Positions 1 through 6,470 of a DNA stretch of 27,363 nucleotides are shown here, piece after piece. The first letter of the stretch is position 1. Each line of letters starts with the position of its first letter. This DNA comes from a virus. Position numbers and translations under genes: made by a program. The stretch lies in the UHGV virus genome UHGV-0044886, one strand, 5' to 3'. The notes under the pieces are model-generated. The model did no database searches. It saw nothing but the letters and a program-made list of their open reading frames with translations, and was not told the DNA's origin.

Positions 1-52
1 CGGTGGAGCTGCATGACAAAGTCATCGGGCATTATCTGAACATAAAACACTA

Positions 53-220
53 TCAATAAGTTGGAGTCATTACCCCATATGACGATAATATTTCGTTATA
101 TTCTTCAATAAGAGCTTTTCTTGTTTCCACTGAATTACAATCTACCTTCGAAAAGTCAACTTCATCAGCAAAAACATTAAATGTTAAAAAGGAAAGCACT
201 AAAAACAAACGAATCAGCAT
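53..220 (-). CDS. small secreted peptide (55 aa from internal ATG; signal peptide MLIRLFLVLSFLTFNVFA then ~37-aa mature peptide), function unknown
   Basis: ORF track gives 53..238. The ATG at 220 has a GGAG RBS, whereas the ATG at 238 sits 3 nt after the upstream ORF stop with no RBS. AT-rich, tandem with the 242..373 ORF. Confidence 0.4.
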   Translation of the reverse strand: MLIRLFLVLSFLTFNVFADEVDFSKVDCNSVETRKALIEEYNEILSSYGVMTPTY

Positions 221-241
221 AAATCCACTCCTACGCATGGA

Positions 242-373
242 TTAATAGTCATTGATCGCAAAGGCGTAAACTTGCCAAAGGTATTTCGTATAATCGGTAC
301 AAATCTCCTTTACGCTTGATGCTGCATTAACAGTCCCAGCCATAAATAATAACGATAGTAATAGTTTTCTCAT
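242..373 (-). CDS. small secreted peptide (43 aa; predicted Sec signal peptide MRKLLLSLLFMAGTVNA then ~26-aa mature peptide), function unknown
   Basis: ATG at 373 preceded by AGGTGAGG RBS on minus strand; stop TAA at 242-244; hydrophobic N-terminus with an AxA-like cleavage site; region is ~30% GC. Below the 60-aa cutoff of the ORF track. Confidence 0.35.
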   Translation of the reverse strand: MRKLLLSLLFMAGTVNAASSVKEICTDYTKYLWQVYAFAINDY

Positions 374-469
374 TATAACCTCACCTGCCTTATAACCCAT
401 TTAGGGTACATATTTTCGCCTTTAAAAAAAAGAGGTTATTAGATCCAATTGTGTATTTATTAAGCAGAT

Positions 470-486
470 AATGCTCTAATAAATTT
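470..486 (+). promoter_or_regulatory. C1-type repressor operator (AATGCTCTAATAAATTT) upstream of the immI-like operon
   Basis: Seen directly; near-identical 17-mers recur at 2140, 16035 and 19556, each upstream of a plus-strand transcription unit. Matches the P1 C1 operator consensus ATTGCTCTAATAAATTT as I remember it. Confidence 0.6.
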
Positions 487-649
487 GTATTTTTAAGTCA
501 CGAATGCTATCTTTTCGCATCATATTGACCTTTTAATCGTTCAGGCTTATAGTTCCGCCGTCGTAGCAAATTCTGCGACCGGGTTTAGCAGCCTGAATGA
601 TTGTGCGGACAGCCGCAGATATCCGATATTGCGGTATTTTTGTGTCCGT

Positions 650-760
650 AAAACCGCGTTACGCCCAAATTATGGTGGGGCGTGATGGGGAGGCTTCGGC
701 CTGCTGGTTTCACAATCGCCAGTCTGCTAACCCCGTCACGTCCTGCCACCTGTTTAGCAG
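650..760 (+). ncRNA. c4: candidate c4-type antisense RNA region (boundaries approximate)
   Basis: Lies between the operator/promoter and icd, where P1 encodes c4. The 8-mer TCACAATC (710-717) is perfectly complementary to GATTGTGA (783-790) immediately 5' of the icd RBS. A stem CTGCTAA/TTAGCAG sits at 724-760. Ends not determinable from sequence alone. Confidence 0.3.
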
Positions 761-800
761 CGGGTAGCAGGTTGTTAAACCTGATTGTGAGGCCGTAACT

Positions 801-1022
801 ATGGTTAATGCCAATCCTTGCGCACGCCCAGAATTCATCTGGCGTTTCTATTCCTGTAAAAAACACCACTATCACTTCGTTATCGCAGCAACTGAAGACG
901 AAGCACGCTCTCAATTGCCTGATGGCCCCTGCATTTTTACTGCCCGTTTTTCAACTAACTCGCGCAATTCACTTAGTTACTGGAGCCTCCCCTTCTCTGC
1001 CGACGTTCAGGGGCGTTTATGA
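801..1022 (+). CDS. icd: Icd-like small protein (73 aa), translationally coupled to ant
   Basis: 73-aa ORF whose stop (TGA 1020-1022) overlaps the ant ATG (1019) in an ATGA arrangement; position and size match P1 icd. Confidence 0.5.
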   Translation: MVNANPCARPEFIWRFYSCKKHHYHFVIAATEDEARSQLPDGPCIFTARFSTNSRNSLSYWSLPFSADVQGRL

Positions 1023-2062
1023 AAAAACCTCTCGTCACCCGTAATGACATAGCCGAAGCGATCGCCCTGCATACTGCCTGTATACCGACACGGGAGATCC
1101 CCGGCGCAATTGCCAACTATTTCATGATAACCAGGCGTTTTTATACCCGAACAGATAAGGCTGTGATCAACAGGCTACTGATAGCCGAGATCAGGGATTA
1201 TTTGATTGAACAAGGACGTCTACGTTACGCAACGGTGGCAGCAGAAATGAGAAAGGAGGCACATAGAATGACCAGTAATAATTTGAATGTTAAAAAACCA
1301 GCACCTGTTGCTTCAGCAACGCCAGCACCAGCCGTGAATGTCATCCCCACCACCGGAGACACAATCGACAGCCTGACACTGTTAAAGATGGTCAATGAAG
1401 CGCGTAAGTTATGTGGGGAACCAGAGGTTCGGAACAACAAATTCATCGAAAAAATACTCGACGAATTAGAAGGTGAGGACGGTTACACAAAAAGTGCAAC
1501 CGTGCCGCCAGGTGGCGGTACGCCTATGGTTGTCATAACCATGACCTACAAACAAGCCCTGCGAGTCGCCGCGCGCGAATCGAAAGCGGTCCGCCGTTCG
1601 CTGATCGACAAACTGGAAGAATTGCAGCAGGCAAACTCCCCTACCCCATCGATCCCCCAAACATTACCAGAAGCCCTACGCCTGGCTGCCGAGTTGGCAG
1701 AACAGAAATTGCAGCTGGAACAACAGCTGGTGGCCGCAGCCCCTAAAGTCGATTTTGCCGACCGGGTATCAGTGGCTAATGGAATCCTGATCGGGAACTT
1801 TGCAAAGGTCGTTGGACTTAAGCAAAACGCCCTTTTCTCATGGTTGCGCCAGAACGGCATTCTCATGGCTTTTGGTGCGCGCAAAAACGTACCGCGCCAG
1901 CAGTACATTAACGCCGGGTATTTCACGGTGAAAGAAGTGGTGCTGGATGATGAAAATGGCTACCAGATACGGCTGACGCCCCAATTAACGGGTAAAGGCC
2001 AGCAGTGGTTAACTCGCAAGCTACTTGATGCTGGTTTGTTAAAACCAGTAGCAATAGGTTAA
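1019..2062 (+). CDS. ant1: phage antirepressor Ant (N-terminal domain plus C-terminal KilAC/ANT-type domain)
   Basis: 347 aa; the C-terminal ~110 aa (QTLPEALRLAAELAEQK...GKGQQWLTRKLLDAGLL) is paralogous to the C-terminus of the next ORF (kilA), the typical antirepressor C-terminal domain. RBS AGGGG upstream. Confidence 0.8.
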   Translation: MKKPLVTRNDIAEAIALHTACIPTREIPGAIANYFMITRRFYTRTDKAVINRLLIAEIRDYLIEQGRLRYATVAAEMRKEAHRMTSNNLNVKKPAPVASATPAPAVNVIPTTGDTIDSLTLLKMVNEARKLCGEPEVRNNKFIEKILDELEGEDGYTKSATVPPGGGTPMVVITMTYKQALRVAARESKAVRRSLIDKLEELQQANSPTPSIPQTLPEALRLAAELAEQKLQLEQQLVAAAPKVDFADRVSVANGILIGNFAKVVGLKQNALFSWLRQNGILMAFGARKNVPRQQYINAGYFTVKEVVLDDENGYQIRLTPQLTGKGQQWLTRKLLDAGLLKPVAIG

Positions 2063-2139
2063 CAAAAGAAAAAACCTGCCAGCAAACTGGCAGGTTTCTG
2101 AGCAGATCGACCAACCCGATCTGGATCGAGTCAGAAAAA

Positions 2140-2156
2140 TTTGCTCTAATAAATTT
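2140..2156 (+). promoter_or_regulatory. C1-type operator (TTTGCTCTAATAAATTT) upstream of kilA-repL
   Basis: Seen directly; ~70 nt upstream of the kilA start. Confidence 0.6.
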
Positions 2157-2225
2157 CGTTTTCTAAGTGCAAAGAATCACCATTTCGAGCTGGTGATTGA
2201 AGGTTGATGCAAATTTGGAGAAAAA

Positions 2226-3026
2226 ATGCAACAAACATTCAATGCGGATATGAATATATCAAACCTTCATCAAAATGTCGATCCTTCAACCACTCTGCCT
2301 GTTATTTGTGGTGTTGAAATTACGACCGACCGCGCTGGCCGTTACAACCTTAATGCTCTACACAGAGCGAGCGGACTCGGTGCCCATAAAGCGCCAGCTC
2401 AATGGCTAAGAACGCTGTCAGCCAAACAGCTCATCGAAGAGCTTGAAAAAGAAACTATGCAGAATTGCATAGTTTCGTTCGAAGGCCGTGGCGGCGGCAC
2501 TTTTGCCCATGAATTGCTCGCTGTGGAGTACGCAGGCTGGATTTCTCCCGCGTTTCGGCTGAAGGTAAACCAGACATTTATCGACTATCGAGCCGGAAGA
2601 TTACAACCTGCTATTCCGCAGAGTCTCCCTGAAGCTCTCCGTTTGGCTGCCGACCTGGCAGAGCAAAAGCAACGGCTGGAGCAAAAAATGCTTATGGATG
2701 CACCTAAAGTCGAATTCGCCGAACGCGTTGCTACCGCCAGCGGGGTTCTAATCGGCAACTATGCCAAAGTGCTCGGTCTGGGCCAAAACTATCTCTTCAC
2801 CTGGTTGCGTGATAACGGAATTCTGATCGCAACCGGTGAACGCAGGAACGTCCCCAAACAAGAATACATATCCCGTGGGTATTTCACCCTTAAAGAAACC
2901 GTGATCGATACAAGCAATGGAAGCAGGATTTCTTTCACGACTCGTATAACCGGCAAAGGTCAGCAGTGGCTGATGAAGCGATTGCTTGATGCTGGTGTGC
3001 TGGTACCTGTCGCGGCAACGCGCTAA
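2226..3026 (+). CDS. kilA: KilA-type protein (KilA-N domain N-terminus, antirepressor-like C-terminal domain)
   Basis: 266 aa; GGAG RBS; the C-terminal half aligns by eye with the Ant C-terminus (SLPEALRLAADLAEQK...GKGQQWLMKRLLDAGVL). Confidence 0.7.
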   Translation: MQQTFNADMNISNLHQNVDPSTTLPVICGVEITTDRAGRYNLNALHRASGLGAHKAPAQWLRTLSAKQLIEELEKETMQNCIVSFEGRGGGTFAHELLAVEYAGWISPAFRLKVNQTFIDYRAGRLQPAIPQSLPEALRLAADLAEQKQRLEQKMLMDAPKVEFAERVATASGVLIGNYAKVLGLGQNYLFTWLRDNGILIATGERRNVPKQEYISRGYFTLKETVIDTSNGSRISFTTRITGKGQQWLMKRLLDAGVLVPVAATR

Positions 3027-3055
3027 CAGACGTAGTAAGAACCACCAGCATTGTA

Positions 3056-3901
3056 ATGCTGGCTAAAGTCACTTTCCTGAGCTGTATAACGATGAGCGAT
3101 TTTACTTTTTCTGGCTATGAATTGGCCTGCTTTGTAACACACTCCGGTCTATCCCGTAGCGCCGGGCATATCCTGTCGCAATGTGCAAATCTAGCGGCAA
3201 CAACCAGTGAATACTTCATTCACAAGCCTCACCGCCTGATCGCGGCAGAAACTGGTTATAGCCAATCAACCGTCGTTCGTGCATTCCGTGAAGCTGTAAA
3301 CAAAGGAATCCTGTCTGTAGAGATTGTTATCGGCGATCACCGTGAACGTCGCGCTAACCTGTACCGGTTTACACCATCCTTTTTGGCCTTCGCACAACAA
3401 GCCAAAAATGCGCTGATTGAAAGCAAATTAAAGATCTCTTCAGCGGCAACCAAGGTTAAAGCTGTTCTCGCTAAGACATTGGCTTTATTTAATTTTTTAT
3501 CCACACCCCCATGTCAAAATGATACCCCCTCCCCCTGTCAGGATGACGTGGCAATAAAGAATAAGAAGTCACAAGTTAAAAAAACAAAAAGATCAGTTTC
3601 CGGCGGTGCCGGAACGAGCAGACTCAAAAAATTGACTTCATGGATCGCTGAGGCAAAAGCAAAGGCTGACAATCTGCGGTTATCCAAAAAACGCGCTCAA
3701 AAACATGAGTTCAAGCAGAAAGTAGAGGCGGCAGCGCGGAAATATGCTTACCTGAAGAACAAGCGTTCTCCTGATATTGGCGGGGTATCAAACTTCGATA
3801 ATCTGCCGCATTGCATGATGGTAAACGAAGCTCTTAATGCGGTTTTAGCCAAAAATAAAGATAACGAACAATGGGGTATACCGGCGGGATTCAGAGGGTG
3901 A
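3056..3901 (+). CDS. repL: RepL-like lytic replication initiator
   Basis: 281-aa ORF directly downstream of kilA, as in the P1 L-replicon. Basic K/R-rich C-terminal region. Start uncertain (alternative ATG at 3092). Confidence 0.6.
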   Translation: MLAKVTFLSCITMSDFTFSGYELACFVTHSGLSRSAGHILSQCANLAATTSEYFIHKPHRLIAAETGYSQSTVVRAFREAVNKGILSVEIVIGDHRERRANLYRFTPSFLAFAQQAKNALIESKLKISSAATKVKAVLAKTLALFNFLSTPPCQNDTPSPCQDDVAIKNKKSQVKKTKRSVSGGAGTSRLKKLTSWIAEAKAKADNLRLSKKRAQKHEFKQKVEAAARKYAYLKNKRSPDIGGVSNFDNLPHCMMVNEALNAVLAKNKDNEQWGIPAGFRG

Positions 3902-4177
3902 TAGATTGCTCTAATCTGGAGTCACCTGGCGTTTTCAGTATGGATTTTCTTTGGCGCGGTCTGGCCATTAGGGATCATGTTTGCTGCAACATTTCTTCTG
4001 ATGTGGATATTCACCCTTCCCGGTGATTTCTATAGAAAAAAAGCCAGACATTGATACAATCATTGCGGGTGCTTGAGGCTATCTGCTTCAGGCATTACCC
4101 GAAAAGCAGATAGAAGAAAGCCCCAGATAACATTACGCGTCCTGCAAGACGCTTAACATTAATCTGAGGCAATATCT

Positions 4178-4384
4178 ATGCTTAGCATACGTAGATTAGC
4201 CTCTTACCGACCAAAAGGTCAAGGAGAAGCAGGCTATGAAGCAGCAAAAAGCGATATTAATCGCTCTGATCGTCATCTGTTTAACCGTCATTGTGACGGC
4301 ACTGGTAACGAGGAAAGACCTCTGCGAGGTACGAATCCGAACCGGCCAGACGGAGGTCACTGTCTTCACAGCCTACGAATCTGA
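4178..4384 (+). CDS. mok-like overlapping reading frame (modulator of hok translation)
   Basis: 68-aa ORF in a different frame that overlaps almost all of the hok-like ORF, the classic mok/hok architecture. Confidence 0.45.
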   Translation: MLSIRRLASYRPKGQGEAGYEAAKSDINRSDRHLFNRHCDGTGNEERPLRGTNPNRPDGGHCLHSLRI

Positions 4385-4391
4385 AAGGTAA
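4236..4391 (+). CDS. hok: Hok/Gef-family type I toxin (51 aa membrane peptide)
   Basis: Translation MKQQKAILIALIVICLTVIVTALVTRKDLCEVRIRTGQTEVTVFTAYESER closely resembles E. coli Gef/HokC as recalled (MKQHKAMIVALIVICITAVVAALVTRKDLCEVHIRTGQTEVAVFTAYESE). AGGAGAAG RBS. Not in the ORF track because it is under 60 aa. Confidence 0.8.
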   Translation: MKQQKAILIALIVICLTVIVTALVTRKDLCEVRIRTGQTEVTVFTAYESER

Positions 4392-4465
4392 GAGACCTGG
4401 CGGGGAGAGATCCTCGCCACTCTTCGTGTGTCAGGTATCCTCAATGCACCCTTTCCTCTCCAAAT

Positions 4466-4490
4466 AAAAAAGCTCCCGAAGGAGCTTTAA
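4466..4490. terminator. bidirectional intrinsic terminator (AGCTCC-CGAA-GGAGCT flanked by A and T runs)
   Basis: Perfect 6-bp stem with a tetraloop, between convergent hok (+) and the 4508..5017 gene (-). Confidence 0.6.
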
Positions 4491-4507
4491 AATACAAGGG
4501 ATGACTC

Positions 4508-5017
4508 TTAATCCCACTCAATCCAGTTGTAGACGATACGAAGTGACGGGCGCACAGCGGCAGTCACATCTTCGGTACTAAAGTCGATTGCATCACTGTA
4601 GATTTTGCAGTCCAACATTTCAATTGTTGTAGCAGCTTTTGTCACAGCGTTAACCCCGGAAGATTTGGATTCAGGGGTAGCAGCCATCGTGATATCAACA
4701 TAGTCCTTCGCCGCAATGCGATCTTTAATGAACTGAAGAATATCGCCTTCGATAGTCTCCACGCACTGGACCTGGATTTCCCCAGAGTTTCGAATTGGAC
4801 CGTGCTGGTTGAACTTCACACCATTCGGACCATAGTCCTCCACATCCTCGCGGGTCATTTCAGGAATTTGCGACGTGCGAACCAGTACGCTGATATCTTC
4901 ATGGCCTGCAAAAGTGAGCTGGAATTCAGAAGATACCAGTCGTTCGCCTTTGGCCGCGTTGGCAGTATAGCGGCCCTTAATAAATTTACGGTTTCCCTTA
5001 GTGTTATTGTGCCCCAT
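4508..5017 (-). CDS. phage tail protein, possibly tail-tube family
   Basis: 169 aa, AAGGA RBS, last gene of a minus-strand structural operon. Size and loose resemblance to contractile-tail tube proteins; not verifiable without a profile search. Confidence 0.4.
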   Translation of the reverse strand: MGHNNTKGNRKFIKGRYTANAAKGERLVSSEFQLTFAGHEDISVLVRTSQIPEMTREDVEDYGPNGVKFNQHGPIRNSGEIQVQCVETIEGDILQFIKDRIAAKDYVDITMAATPESKSSGVNAVTKAATTIEMLDCKIYSDAIDFSTEDVTAAVRPSLRIVYNWIEWD

Positions 5018-5028
5018 ATAAAATCCTT

Positions 5029-5610
5029 TTACTGGAACGCCCGAACAATATCGGAGCTGTTATATATCGAAGAACCGGTCAACTGGAGGTTGACGGTGTT
5101 TTTCAGGAAATGTCCATTGCTGTCCCTGGGCGCATCGAGATCGAAACTTATGTCCTGGATAGCGACATCAATGATGTTGATCCGGCGACCAATGTTTAGC
5201 GTCACACGCTCCGGGATTCGACCACCAATACTGGCATCTTTAAGTTCCGGGCTAATCATCGCTGACAATGCGGCGATAGCTCCTGAAACCTCCGTGAATG
5301 GGTCAAACAAAGCGATGAAAGTTACTGGCAGCGTGAAAGTCGGCGGTGTTCCCCCTTCCCAAACCATTAAGCTGTTCCAACGGGCAACCGACGTTGTTTC
5401 AGTACCAACCTGCGCAAAACCACTGAAGGCACCAGCAACAGATCCCATGGACATACCGGTAAACGGCGCTTCCCAATTCTGGGCCATGTTCATTGCCGCT
5501 CCCTGGCTGATATATCCGGTAACCTGGTACTGAGAGTTCGTTAAAGTAACTTTCAGATATGGCGATACACCGTCAGCCTGGCTGTAAACCCCATAAGGAA
5601 TAGGTGCCAT
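5029..5610 (-). CDS. phage structural/morphogenesis protein, function unknown
   Basis: 193-aa ORF in the late structural operon; start ATG 5610 is preceded by an unusual SD-hairpin-start arrangement (see findings). Confidence 0.45.
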   Translation of the reverse strand: MAPIPYGVYSQADGVSPYLKVTLTNSQYQVTGYISQGAAMNMAQNWEAPFTGMSMGSVAGAFSGFAQVGTETTSVARWNSLMVWEGGTPPTFTLPVTFIALFDPFTEVSGAIAALSAMISPELKDASIGGRIPERVTLNIGRRINIIDVAIQDISFDLDAPRDSNGHFLKNTVNLQLTGSSIYNSSDIVRAFQ

Positions 5611-5645
5611 TCAAGTTAAAGGCCGGAGTTCTCCGGCCTCCTCCT

Positions 5646-6461
5646 TTAGCCAAGGCGCTTACGGCGCAGTTTCATTGACTTTTTGCGGGCAAGTTTTGCC
5701 GCGCCGGTCTGGGCTTTTCGACGCGCTTTTTTCAGCGCCGATTTTTGAGCCGCAGTCAGACGTTTTTTACGCAGGCGTTTACGGATGAGTTTGATCTCAC
5801 CGTTACGAACAACCTTCTTAAATGCTTCAGTCAGCATTTCATCAGAAGTGCCAGCAACAACAAACGCCGCTTCCAGTTCGTCGCGGTCGTCGCTATCTAA
5901 ACCAGCGATAGAGGCACCAACATCAGCAGCTGCGTCGTCGTCTTCATCGTCAGCCAGTGCTTCGATCAGGTCATCATCTACACCGCATGCTGCGAGGAAG
6001 TCAGCAACATTTGCCCATGCTTCGTTATAGGCATCGTCCTGTTCTTCTGTAACTTCGGAGTCGTCGTCATCAGAGATACCAGCGATAGCCTGAACGAAAC
6101 CATCAAGGGAGTCGAAAGTCAGATCACCGCTATCAGCCCAGGCGAAAACGGCGTCGGCCGCATCACTCAACGCATTTTGCATAGCACTTCGATTTGCAGC
6201 TTCCAGAATCATCTGGTGCGCCTGTTCGACGGTCCATTCTTTACCGTCTTTCCCTTCCAGGATTTGCTCAGGAGCCTGGGCAGATGGAACGTTATCGTTA
6301 GTCTGTGCCGCCGGTTCCGGATTATTATTAATAACCGGATCTGTTGGCGGTTCAGCGCTTGCTCGGGCAGACTCCATCAGCTGCACAGGATCAGAGTTCA
6401 AAGCGAAACGAGACAGTCCATTCCCCAAAAATGCCCCGGATTGAAAAAAGTTTTTGCTCAT
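5646..6461 (-). CDS. phage protein with acidic core and highly basic C-terminal tail, function unknown
   Basis: 271 aa; D/E-rich central region, last ~60 aa are K/R-rich (KKVVRNGEIKLIRKRLRKKRL...RRKRLG). Confidence 0.5.
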   Translation of the reverse strand: MSKNFFQSGAFLGNGLSRFALNSDPVQLMESARASAEPPTDPVINNNPEPAAQTNDNVPSAQAPEQILEGKDGKEWTVEQAHQMILEAANRSAMQNALSDAADAVFAWADSGDLTFDSLDGFVQAIAGISDDDDSEVTEEQDDAYNEAWANVADFLAACGVDDDLIEALADDEDDDAAADVGASIAGLDSDDRDELEAAFVVAGTSDEMLTEAFKKVVRNGEIKLIRKRLRKKRLTAAQKSALKKARRKAQTGAAKLARKKSMKLRRKRLG

Positions 6462-6470
6462 TGTATTCCC

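Noticed and set aside
1-32. Possible 5' end of a minus-strand gene running off the left edge (ATG at 32)
   Set aside because: Only ~10 codons are visible; cannot be called as a feature from this window, though it is mentioned in the first finding.
585-914. 109-aa minus-strand ORF across the c4/icd leader
   Set aside because: Lies antisense to the region holding the antisense-RNA complementarity and the icd start; no RBS; Cys/His-rich composition typical of a random frame in GC-rich structured DNA.
1225-2114. Several minus-strand ORFs (1225..1446, 1466..1660, 1546..1926, 1923..2114) inside ant
   Set aside because: All are antisense to a well-supported antirepressor gene and overlap one another; shadow ORFs.
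4802-5533. 243-aa plus-strand ORF
   Set aside because: Antisense to two consecutive minus-strand structural genes (4508..5017 and 5029..5610) that have RBSs and operon context; no RBS of its own.
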